Assembly (NCBI RefSeq): GCF_964204645.1
Contig: NC_134034.1
Location: 3,737,814 to 3,801,813 of the forward strand
Length of the DNA stretch: 64,000 nucleotides
DNA from: Tubulanus polymorphus
Lineage: Eukaryota > Animalia > Nemertea
Direction of reading: 5' to 3'
Under the pieces are notes generated by a model. The model was not told where the DNA came from and searched no databases. It saw nothing but the letters and a program-made list of their open reading frames with translations. Below, one piece after another: positions 31,625 through 43,794 of the stretch (position 1 is the first letter of the stretch; every line of letters starts with the position of its first letter). Position numbers and translations under genes: made by a program.

Positions 31625-32027
31625 CACAGTTCACAGTTGTACTCGAGGTGAGATTGAATCTTCTGTACTTGAGTTTGCTACAACGAGGGTCAATCTGTTT
31701 AACTAACACTTAGTTTCCTAAACAACGGGGGCCAGTTGCACAGTCGTGACTTAATGTCTAAAACTGATCTTAAATCTTAAGACTGGTCTTAAGTTGTTAA
31801 ATTGATAGTCACAATTGTATTCGAGGTGAGATTAAATCGTCTGCACTTGAGTTTTCTGTTTAACTAAGCCTAAACCTAACCTAAACTAAGTTTCCTAAAT
31901 AACGGAGGGGGGGGGGGCAGTTGCACAGTCGTGACCTAAAGTCCAAAACTGATCTTAAATATCAAGACTGGTCTTAAAAGGTTAGATTGGCTACAGAACT
32001 AAGCCATGACAATGCAACCGGACCCAG
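31625..32027. repeat. Local tandem duplication (~180-bp unit) including the end of a Harbinger-type MITE
   Basis: TCACA.TTGTA.TCGAGGTGAGATT...GTTTCCTAAA.AACGG...CAGTTGCACAGTCGTGAC occurs twice. Confidence 0.75.
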
Positions 32028-32048
32028 ATATTCAAATTGTCTACTCAC

Positions 32049-32522
32049 CGGCTGATGTGAGAGTAGCTTCTTGGATTAGCTTTTCCTCGAGATGTAAAAT
32101 CCAAGCTTAGACAGAACTCAGCTCACATGAGTCAAACATCGGAACGGGCTGTTCTAATCAGCGCAATGATGCAATCAGGTCCTGGTGAATCGAGGAAGGT
32201 CGGGAATCGAGTGATCACGCATTGGAAGTACTGAAAAAGAAGAAGGTCCTATCTGAAAAAGCAACCAAATGTTGAATAAGACTAATATGCCTATTGACGT
32301 TCGTTATATCCAGTCATTCACAACTAACGGTTTCGCTTAAATCCGTAACTAATTGAAGTTACACATTCAGGAGGAAGTTGAAATGTCTGCTCACCGTGAT
32401 TCATGTGACGTGTAGAGCTTCATGGATTGATTTGGGATATACTGACTCCTCTGTCCAGTTGTTCGTTAGGTCATGACGATCCGGCAACAATCAAGTCCCG
32501 AGGAATTGCGAAAAGAGATCAT
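32049..32522 (-). ncRNA. Two candidate spliced exons without an ORF (32395-32522 and 32049-32230/32252); lncRNA, UTR or pseudogene
   Basis: Strong acceptors (ttttccag, ccttcttctttttcag) and donors (CG|gtgagc, CCG|gtgagt); stops in all frames. Confidence 0.35.
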
Positions 32523-33613
32523 CTGGAAAATAGAAATGAAAACTTCCAATTACCCCGGTTGACTGGAAGCAGGTTAGACCATCGCGTGTTCCCGAGGACG
32601 TTCTATTTCTTGTTTGAATATTCGATACCTACGGAAGTACATGTGTATTCGCCGCTGTCGCTTTAGATTGTGCGCTCTAGCGGGCTTCGCATATATCTGT
32701 TTGTACACTGAATTCGGCCAGTGTTAAGAATTAAACCTCAAATTGGTGCAATACCGATCGAACGTTTTTCAATGCCCACAGAAGAGGACACAATATCAGG
32801 AAAGGATTCAATGTATAGGCTATACTGGTTTTGTCATAACGCGGTTGAATGAACAGTGTAATATACAGGGACACCGGCACCAATGGTTAGACGATACCTT
32901 ACGGTACATTTCAAAACGTCACTATACGAATACGTGTGTTTCAAATCTATGAAGTGGATATCACAGATAATCTACCAGTCGTCGCTATATGATATTTCCA
33001 ATCTCAGAACAATTTGCAATACAAAGTTGAAATAATCAAATTCTGTCAAACGCGATTTTTAGAACTATCTGCAATAACCTATCAAATTATCTGATGGTTA
33101 TTCGCGAATTCCCGGCCCAAGACAACTTTGCTAAATTGGAGATACTTAGGAGTTTATTACTTAAGAGACTGAACATATTTCGCTTAATTCTTGGGAGTAA
33201 TCATTTGACAAATGGTCGTCTGTTAATAATAGTTTAGTTGAAGTGTCAACGTTATCACCATTTTCCTCACAATTTTCGAGGTCAAATACACTACAATTCT
33301 AGTTAATCGGTGTTGAATACTTATTTTAAGGCCAGATTCAGATCTGTACCATTCTAAAAACCACTGAGGGTATGGTTTAGCATCTGTTTGGCTAAATATA
33401 CAGCCCTAGACTGGTGGCCGCTAAGCAGCAACTTGTCCGCCCAATAAATCTTGGGCCGTATAGAACACTGAAGGAAGTGTTGGCTTGAGCTTCGGTGGGA
33501 GGTAACCAAACCGAAGATGAGTACATCTAGCCATAGCTGTATCTGGCGTGAACAAATAACTCGTCGCGTCATCTATGCACAAATGAGTAGTCACTATTCG
33601 ATAGGTGAACAAT

Positions 33614-33865
33614 AATAAGCCTTTTTACAGTTTCCAGGCGCCATTTTTGGGTACCCGCCGGGTCCGCATTGTTGAATTTTTTGTCCCCATTTTTCCCCCG
33701 TTTTATTGTCTTATTTCGTTCATATCTCTGCATTAGATTAAGATAGAAACGAAGTAAAAGTAGCGATGAACTCAGCTGATAATTATCGTTTTTTATGATA
33801 TCACTCATTCATAAATTTAATGCAACAGTGCGCGCTGGTGAAGTTATAAACATTGATATCGTCTT
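33614..33865 (-). mobile_element. Second copy of the repeat end at 10115-10366
   Basis: AATAAGCCTTTTTACAGTTTCCAGGCGCCATTTTTGGGTACCCGCCGGGTC... is the reverse complement of 10315-10366 and similarity continues ~250 bp. Confidence 0.8.
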
Positions 33866-34519
33866 GGATCTCACTACAGCTTTATCACTAACACCAGATT
33901 CAAGTAGTTTCGACGACATCTTTTGGCGAGATGTTGGAGACAAATTTTGTAGTTACCGTATTGTATCTGGAGGACAGTGTATTTTTTCATGAAAACCCTA
34001 AAATCACACTATTCATATCATGAAAACCCCGGTGATAACACTTAACTTGAGAGCTTGGGCTACAGGCTGATCTTATGACCAATACATTTGTTAGAAAAAA
34101 ATTAATCAATACTTTTACCGACGGAAATTTTACGTTATAAACAAGGGAATTATTGAAGTTGACAAAAAGCTCCAGAATTTGTTTAAAATGCGATCTAGCG
34201 CGAACGAGTTACCGGTACTGTTTATTTTCTGGTGTAATTTAGGTGAAAAACGGAGTCACCTCCTTCTTTGAGAACCGTAGTGTCAGTTATTTACAACATA
34301 CTATACTACTGGAGGGATCTATATACATCTAAAACTAATTTGATAAATTGAGACGATCACGAATACGATTTTATTTACAATCCAACCATTTCCATGGTAT
34401 ATGGAGGCCAGTGATGTGTATCATTATCTCGCCCCCTGGTGGTGGTTCATACGAGCTCTCAGTAGACGGCAGTATACGAAGCACCTCGAACCGGCCACTC
34501 TCAGGACTGGGTGAAGTCA

Positions 34520-36681
34520 CCTCCAAGGTGTACATTTTCTGCGACATTTCTTGGAGCCTTTTTCCTCGACGAAGATTCAAGATCCATTGACCCCTCGTTT
34601 TTTGATGCGATCTTGTGATAAAACCACAAGCCTGCCTAAAAGGTCGACAAGACGGGAATATTCCAATCCAGTTGAAATATGGGTGATTGAATGCGAGTGA
34701 CCGTCTAAATTAAAACTACAAAACAGTGTTATTTTCTGCTTCATTTTATCTTTTTTTTTAAATTCATTTCATACCGTCTAAATCAAAACTTCAAAGAGGT
34801 TATTTTCAACTGCATTTTGTTTTCTTCAAATTCATTTCAAATAATTGTTTTGTGTGGACAAAATTTTCCAAAAAAGTTAGCGCAGCAACTACATGAAGGG
34901 GTTTTTTTCTTCTTCGTTTGGACAGCATCTTCCCATAACTGCAAAGCAACAATCAAGGTTGGTGGACATAAACCAATATGTACCTGGTCGGTTTCTGCAC
35001 TTGCATCCTATTCCTCTCTTCCCAATGCGACTTTCTAAAGATAAGGACAAGACAGCAATGGTTAATGGTGTCTTCTAAATCATGCTAAATCATGCTAGTT
35101 CCGTAAATGTGTTATCCTGTTTATTTTAAATTGTAATTTTCTACTCTGTAAAATTAATTGTCCTTTTTTCCTTTATTGCATTATATACTTGTATGTTTTA
35201 CTGTAAAACTTTTAAGTTGTAATAAAGTATTTAATTGAATTGAATTGGTTAAAACTATGTTTCAGCTTCTGCTGTGTTTTGTTAAGACTAAATCTACGAA
35301 TTGTCTAATGGCACGAGGGCAATCTTGAGGGAATAAAACCAAAAAAAGCGATTTAAATCTGGAGCTGCGGCCCGCGGAACATCTGAACTCAATGCGGTTG
35401 TGATCCAATAAACACTGTAAGACTAACTCAACCGATCCCTAAAAGGCGACCTTCTGGGAGTCAAATTGAAAACCGCTACGGAAATCTGGAAGGGATCAGA
35501 TCTAAGAACCGCTCTATCTGAGTACGGTCGCTGCTTGCCCCTAAAACACCTTTTGAGCTGAACAATTCTGATAAATTACCTTCATTTGCTGCCATAGCTC
35601 CAACGACCATAAACAAGGCCAAGGTAATGAACAGAGTTTTAGTAAACATTCTGAACAGATACAATTTATATCAGTTTATATACAACGAAATAGGCGAATA
35701 TTCCACAGGGACAGGCGCGCACACAAGTGGAACTGAAAGGACCCACACAACTGTGGAACTGGATCAAGACAAATTAAACTCGCACAGCTGTGGAACTGGA
35801 TCCACAGTCAAATCAAACAGACACAATTCAAACTGGATCCAGATCCAATTAGACCGACACAACTGTGGAACTGATTCCAAGCTCATATCAAACCCACACA
35901 GCTGTAGAACTGGATCCAGATTAAACTGAGACAAGTGTGGAACTGAATTCAGAGTCAGACTAAGCTCACAGAATGGCTAATATTGACCAATAGTCAAATC
36001 GCTGGTTTTCCGGTGAACCGTCGAATATGCACTTGCGTTGGAAATGAACCAATTTAGAATTTTGAAACTTTCGCGTTTGGTTCCGATATCGAAAAAGAGG
36101 GTCACCATATTCGGTGGTTCACGATGTAACAATCTAATCGATTCCCCATATTCGACGGGTGTTTGCCCATGTATATTCGACGGTTTGCCACAAAAGGGGC
36201 AAATCATATTCAGCAATTAATTTTAGCCCGAGTCAGGGGCGGATTTAGGGTGTGTTCTCGGGGGTCAGGTCCCCTGCCATCCCATTGAGATCGCCCTCTT
36301 CGACAGGACAAATATCGTTAAATCATGCAAACTTGACGCTCATCCTTTCGGGGTTTGCATCTTTTATGATGTATTTCTTCACAAATATATCAATACCGAG
36401 GGCTGGGCCCCGCTAGTGGCCTTTGACATCGTTGCTTTATTGAGAAATGCATTTTCTTTTCTCCATTTGGCCTTACCTGTTTCCTAAATCCACCCCCTGC
36501 AAGTCATTAAGAATTAGCGGTCTGATTCATACCGGGTTAGCACGGATACAACTTTAAAAGATCGCAATAGTGGCGGTATTTATGCATATTCGATGGTTCA
36601 CCTGAGAGCCAGCAAAATGTTCGAACCTACTGAAGAACGTACTTACCTTAGCATGTACTGCAGACGAGACTTGCGAACAAT
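34520..36681 (-). CDS. Small secreted-peptide precursor gene (possibly pseudogene): 5' non-coding exon ~36647-36681, signal-peptide exon 35580-35650, probable last exon starting 34635 or 34631
   Basis: TATA-like (TATAAAA, TATTTATA) and TCATT initiator-like motifs at ~36680-36717; donor AAG|gtaagt; exon ttcag|A-ATG encodes MFTKTLFITLALFMVVGAMAANE then G|gtaatt; AATAAA at ~34370. Last-exon frame is uncertain. Confidence 0.5.
34895..35247 (+). mobile_element. LINE 3' end remnant with (ATTGA)n tail
   Basis: AT-rich UTR-like tract, AATAAA, then ATTGAATTGAATTG; same tail type as the insert at 55983-56222. Confidence 0.45.
35720..35970. repeat. ~35-bp tandem array built on the MITE-terminus motif ACA(A/G)CTGTGGAACTGGATCC
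   Basis: About seven copies; the core is the reverse complement of GGATCCAGTTCCACAG seen at ~8600 and ~17625. Confidence 0.75.
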
Positions 36682-38077
36682 GATATTACGCATTAACAGT
36701 ATAAATACGTTTTTATAGATTTTCAACAAACCAAAGTCATTAATATGCGTAGATGTTATGAAATGATTTGCGAAATCAAGTAAAATATTCAACCGATTTA
36801 ATGTAGATTCAATACGCCAGCAGGTCGTACGATATTCAGATCAGATATTTGAAGTTTTTATTTCTGAACGAAGTTGGGTGACAAATATATTATCTAACGA
36901 ATCATTGGCCAATTCCTTTATTACCAACGATAACTAAGAATAAACTAAGAGAATATTACTGGAGGTGGACTTCATAGGTCGTTTACAACCGGATTCGGCA
37001 GCCCGCACAATAATGTGGGATACGACCTCAGATATTGTATCTACGCAATCGACGACGAAGGACATGGAAACGAATTTTTTATCGGCGCCTTTACATTGAA
37101 AAACCCGCGGTAACCCCGGGTGTATCTAGTATTGAGGTGCATTTTAGAATGAATTGATATGAAAATATGTTATGTAATATAAATGCTATCATACATTACA
37201 ATAGAAATCTATCCGTGCATTTGATTGTGAGGAATTTCACTCATTTCCCATCTTTCGAAAATAAGACATTAAGATTCAAAGACATGATAAAGCTAGAACT
37301 TCGAAATCTCATTCATGGAGAAATCGATAATTCATTTCCATCGACTATTGTGGCAATTGAAATCCTACCTGTGGCAAGCGAGGATTCACCGGGATATCGA
37401 CTACTGTAGAAATACTAGCAGTGGCTATTGAGGAACCACCAGGTGTCGCTAGTTTTCAATTGGGTGAACTCCGCAAAACTATTTGAATTTGAATATATTC
37501 AATACCCTTGATATTTTGAAAAACCCTATGGTCCAATTGGCTAAATTTATTAAAATCGGCTCAGATGTATAAATCCCTCCAATCCCTCCTGTAAATATTA
37601 ACGTTTTTATTCTTTAAATGTTTGTCACTTTAGGGTTGTTTTTGTAGATATTTGTTTATGTATATATGTATGAAAAATATTTTTCCTCCATATACCATGG
37701 AAATGGTTGGAGTGTAAAATAAAATCGTAAATCGTTAGTGAAGTAGAACATCAACTAGTGTGGCAATGGCGAGTCGACCTGTGTAAAGTGAGGATTCACA
37801 AGGACATCGACTACTGCAGCAATACAGGATTCTCCTTGTGGCGAGTGATGATACACCAGGTGTCGCTAATGTACAATATGACATTCAATCAGTACATTTT
37901 AGAAACGAGGATACTGAAGCTACAGTAAAAAATTTTCACTACTAATTTGAATGAGCTAAAGCCGGGTATTGCACATGATTATTCTCACCACTGCGCGCTG
38001 CGGATAGATGGAATAAATCATTTTGGTCGGACTTGCTTCTCCGTTGTGGTTGCTTGGCTTCTGTTACCATATCGGTC

Positions 38078-38453
<376 letters not shown>

Positions 38454-40125
38454 AATTCAGGTTCAAATGAACTCTGAAAAACTGAACGCTTTCAAAACGG
38501 CAAATAAACACTTTTTGCTTTTGAAAATTGAAATTTAATATATGTATATATAATACATATTTGTAAGGGATAGTCAAAATAAATCAAATCTAGTCTACCG
38601 ATCGAGAGAGAAAGTCCGTATTTTAAGGTAAAACATGTACCAGACTATAAAAATGAATACTTTATGTTGCATTCTATCTAAGACCGCATACTCCAAAACG
38701 ATCTTCATCTAAAAACGACCAGGTTATTTTTCGGCCACCTCAGTAAAATGCTAATTGATAAAAGATTGTCTAGATAGGCACCGTCTAATAATACACATTG
38801 ATTGCTTTAGTTCACTGCGGATTTCCAACACTCGACATCAAAGTAGAGCTATTGTAGTTCACGATGCGGCATTATCTCTCATTTAGCATCGCGCTTCTTT
38901 CCTTAAATAAATGATGAATGAATGAATGAATGAATTCCCAAATATGAACATGAGTATAAACATTTTTGTTTATTTTACGTATCAATTGAAAATTTACATT
39001 TGAGGAGGTTACGTATTTGATTCTATTGCAATCATCATCTAATAATATCCGCTTCCATTTATCGCTATCGATTATTTCGCTAGGGTATCGACGTTATGAT
39101 ATCGTATATGAATGCAGTATTCTAATTTTTAAGTCGAAATAAGGCCCAAAGTCGAACAGACATAGATATCAATATTCCGTAAACTCATGGAACGTTTTTT
39201 CTTAAATTACCGTGTCAAGACTCACTGTTGCTTGATTTTCGGCAACGTTGGTCATTGGGGATAGGAATCTGATTGAGCTAGCTGGGGTATCCGTGCGTGT
39301 GACCGTTTTTAACCAAAAACCCCTTTCAATTCTAAGCTGTCTTGGAAACGGGGATGAGTGATTCCTGTGGCTTCAATTGACAGAAAAAAGGTTTCTGCCT
39401 ATACTTCAACAGCGAAATTAATGGTGTGTTCTCTGTTCCTCGCATACAGACTTTTATGCGACATATTTTTCGATTCATCCGAATCCGAGTTCAGAACTGG
39501 CAACTCCAAATAATCATTACAATATATTCCAGTATTACGTAGTTCACATTCAAATGGAATCCGAACGTATGGAATTCTTTTTACGTTCTAAAACGGCAAA
39601 TATTTTATACATATTTCACTCAAAACTATGTAATCATATGACTTGAATTAGAATTATTTCATTAATACTCTATTCGCCATGAAAAGCAATACACACATTG
39701 TCGATTTTAATGTTATACGTAATGATGTGAAGCCATGCTCCCTTAGTTTGATAGCCATCTATCTGGCTGAGATGTAAGCTTAATCATCGACAGCCCCTAT
39801 GGTGCACGGATGATTCAGTCGGGGTAAATTTTGAAAATGCATAAACAGAATTTGTGCTTCGAAAAAAATCAAGTTTATTACACAAGTAATTTTACTTAAG
39901 GCAATTTCGTTTAAGAAGTTATGGATGGGTATTTCAACAAAATCCCACTAGATAATGGGACTGAGTGGATTGATAAGATATATAAACTATCATATGGTAT
40001 TATCGGTATCAGCAGTGAAGAGCAAACTCGAGATAAATTTTGTCTGACATGGGCTGCGAAGTGATCTTCGAGTCAACAGTGATCTTCGAGTCAACAGTGT
40101 CACTGCTTTTCGATCTTGTCCAAGA

Positions 40126-40310
40126 TCAAGATAAAATGGTGACTAGGAAAGATGTGTCTACGATTCCAAACGATGACATTTCAATCAATAATGTAGTTTC
40201 ATTTGCTGCTTTAGCTCCAACGACCATAAACAAGGCCAATGTTATGAACAGAGTTTTATTAAACATTCTGAAATGAAATAATCTATATCAGTTTATACAA
40301 TGAGTATGTA
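40126..40310 (-). pseudogene. Paralogous signal-peptide exon that has lost its splice donor
   Basis: MFNKTLFITLALFMVVGAKAANE matches 35580-35649 and upstream intron sequence is also shared, but GAAG|gt is replaced by GAAACT and the frame stops 22 codons later. Confidence 0.6.
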
Positions 40311-41518
40311 AAATGCAAAATAAAGTCGTAATTTCTATATTAAATATAGCTGCATAGCAGCGATAACGGGTTTCTGCCTAACCGGTTCATATATCGCACT
40401 GGGAAGCGTCATCGAAATAATTATACAGTTCATAACATATGACTTATTTCCAAGAAGCGCAACCTGGGTCAACAATATGCTAGATATATGGATCCAGCTA
40501 CATGCAAGGGCTACCACGTAAAAAGTATCGATGTACCAAAATGGCTTAACCGAAGATATGGTTGTTTCAAAGTCTCCTGGTGGCAGTTGCATGAACTAGT
40601 TTGTCGCACATGCTCTCCTTGCGCGTTTTGATCCATATTTTCGTTACTACAAACGGTAGGTTGGTCTACTTTTATGCATCAATTTGTTAAGTGGGGAATT
40701 TGTATTCAGAAATAAACAACGATTTTTAGAAAAAGTTTTTTTTTGTTTTCATTTATTAGTGACAGTTTACATATTATACATATGTTTGAACTATAACAAC
40801 TTTGAAAACGACCTTAACAACGTATATTCAATGAACATTAATTTACTTTAATCACAAAGAGGGAATTATAGGAAACAAAATTATTGCATTGTCGGGATTC
40901 GAACACGATGTGGCATCGATGTCTTTGAAGCGATTAAGATAATGTTGAAAACATCTGCCAAACGGAAGATGGTACAAAATGGCGGCGATAAATGAAACAA
41001 AAACAGGAAATGGCGGATCGGGACTTATATCACTCCGGTAAATTTTAGGCTTTTCGGGGTGCACTTTTATCAATGGATGACGATTCTTTGCGTTATTCTT
41101 GTTACTGTTAAGACCCGGTAATTATGTGGGATTAATTCATAATAGATTACTATACGCAAATTCTAAATGGTCAGGCGCTGAGTTGTTGTTGTTCGTCCTT
41201 CGGAGTCGAAGATGACCAAACTTCAGTTTCAGCCTCTGTGTGTTCTCTGATGGCTGATGAGACCGATTTTGGCTCTTAAGCCCCGACCGCAGTCTGGACA
41301 TCTGTGCTGCACGGAAGCTGGATCGGGAGCAGCCTTTTTGAGGGTACGTTTCCGCATTGCCTCGTCGACCCGCCTGATTTCAGAGGTCATGGCTCCCTGG
41401 TGGATCAAGCTTTTGAAGCTGGCTTTTGGAGTTTTTAAAATTCAGAGTTTTTGAACAATATACCATATCTTCATATATGTTAAAATGAACACTCTACGTA
41501 CTTCAAAATGGGAACAAC

Positions 41519-41724
41519 GCCCTCGGTAGCTCAGTTGGATAAGACGTGCTGCGGTAGTATCCATTTAATATCCGTGCTGAGTGACAAGCGGGTTCGAGTC
41601 CTGCTGACTGCTTACAGTGTGCGGGTAGCACTTCGAAGGCCGTCCTGTCGTGATGTTAAATGAAAAATCTAGGGTTAGTCTTGGGAAACCAAGATCTGAA
41701 CGACGTAGGGGCAAACAAACAAAC
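41519..41724 (+). mobile_element. tRNA-derived SINE (left-arm copy)
   Basis: A box TAGCTCAGTTGG, B box GGTTCGAGTCC, no pairing acceptor stem, (AAAC)n tail. Confidence 0.75.
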
Positions 41725-42370
41725 TATGGCCTCCAATTTTACAAGGTTAACACACAAACAATATATACCATACGTCATGCATGACAAAACGAAAACTCTT
41801 CCTCAAAAACTGCATCTTTTAGAAAGTGAACATCTATCTTGGAGGGATCATGAATGAAGGAATGAACAAACGAACGAACAAACTCTCTCTTGGCAGGTTG
41901 AACCTAATGGCAGGCAAAGTATTTTTCTCGCTTGCCAGGGTTTCAAAGCTCACGCCAACAGAAACCTTTGCCGCATTAGCCTTCGTTCGTCTATTTCACT
42001 TCCCAATATATTTATATTTTTGGACAGACAGGTTCCCGCTCAAAAGGCACGTTTCCAATCCAGCAATGAATATTTGCCTTGTTATGTCGACAATCTCTAG
42101 GTGTTACCGCACTTCCTTTCGCGGCAAAGCTGCGCAATATTATCGACTTGGTCCGGTACATTAGGATTGGGTGTCCGTGCAATCTTGGCGTCATCCGCCA
42201 GGTTCGATTCCCAGCCGAATAATCGGCAGATACGACAAAAATCACGGAAAGTCACGGAAAGTTCGCAGTACACCAGCGCTCAACAGCAAGCAAAACATTA
42301 TCACTGGTGCATAGGTCTCGAATAAATGTAAATGGAATATTTATTTCGGCTTTTACATTATTTGTTTCGT

Positions 42371-43794
42371 CTAGTCATCGCACTGTTTTATTATTGGATT
42401 TACACAAACAGCCTGTATCTTACAACCAAGTCTGCCGTTACATTTACCAGATACTACGCATGTATTCTGGTCGGATTTCATTGCTGTCAATGAATAGGAA
42501 TCATCCTGCTGCCATCTGAAAAATTAAACATTCAAGATATTTGGATCGATTTGTTTGGAAATCGAAAGTATTATAAGTGAAATATTTGGTAAGCATATAT
42601 TAAGATATATTTTGGTATATTACGAGATCATTCTGAATCAGGGGACTCGGAGGCGTTTTCATATAGCTGCATCGAGCTTACGTAGCACCGGGAAAAGGAG
42701 ATGGTTCTAAATGGATTAAGTTAAATCTATCGACGAGGAGTGGTCGACCGATTCGACAGTCATCGAGTGGAGGAGAATGATATAAATACTCACGGGTTAT
42801 CTAAGCCGCAAGAACTGACGACGAAACCGTCGGGACATGTGATAGTCGGTGTTCTGGAATAGTCAGTCGTTTGGACAACGTGATAGAGAGTTTCACACGT
42901 GGCGATTGCCTGGAAAAGAAAACTATCCGTGAATGTATATCTATCTGAGTAAAGAAATACTACACTAGGTCTCCCATCTAGACCTATCACTGAAGTATTT
43001 ACTTGAACATGTATTTACTTGTACGCAACGTTTCGTATACACACACGCACAAACGCATATTGCGTGCAACACAAGTTGAATATGTAAGTACCTTGACTGG
43101 AGGTCTATTCAAGCTATGATTCACTCTACACATATTGTATCCGATCACTATGTTCGCATCGCAATCCATTTCCGAGGAGCAACTGCATCGGACGACGAAA
43201 GAACCTTCCGGACACGTGACCTCACTGATGGCGTCATCAGCAGTCGAAGTTTCTGGCCCAGTCTTTTCGACTATTACACCAAGCACGTCGCTCACGAACA
43301 GGATTGCTCAAATGAAAATGAGAAAATGTTTAATCGCTGTTTATAAAAGGCTCTATATTATTATCTTAAGAAACTGGCTACGTACCGGTACGTAATTCTT
43401 TTGAATCATTACTCGAAATTATTGCGTTAATATAACGGTTTAAGGCCACCCCCATCCCAATAAGATCGTAGTGTGGCATCTTATGTTAGTAAATAAAGTA
43501 GATAAAGAAACTATGACAGTAATGGAAAGAAGTTGAGGCAGTTTTAGGAGCTATTGTGTAGGTATAACCAGTCCGGCAATCCTCGCACAGCAGGTTTGTT
43601 ATCATGATGACATCATAAACTCTTTTTATGATGTTTTATGATAACCTTCAGATTATTGTTCAGTAGCGATTTGAACGGACTATACTGCTGCGCAGTCTGA
43701 GTGCCACCTGCCGTTCAAATCACCCGCCAGGAGAGATAACATTAAGTCTGCATGATCTATACATACCAATTATTATTCCGACAAGAAGTTTCAT
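42371..43794 (-). CDS. Secreted Cys-rich protein, 167 aa, two PCSK9-C-terminal/resistin-like modules (left copy); coding exons 43767-43794, 43092-43306, 42794-42909, 42371-42515; upstream exon ending at 44829
   Basis: Canonical splice sites, phases 1,0,2; signal peptide MKLLVGIIIAILFVSDVLG; VTCPEGSFVVRCSC...MCRVNHSLNRPPVKAIATC and ITCPDGFVVSSCG...NTC...CKIQAVC; 13 Cys; AATAAA downstream. Confidence 0.8.

Noticed and set aside
41230-41290. Possible hammerhead (CTGATGAG followed by a hairpin)
   Set aside because: No GAAA after the putative stem II.
41519-41612. tRNA gene (also 55490-55581)
   Set aside because: A and B boxes are present, but the acceptor stem cannot pair and there is no clear anticodon arm; treated as a SINE head.
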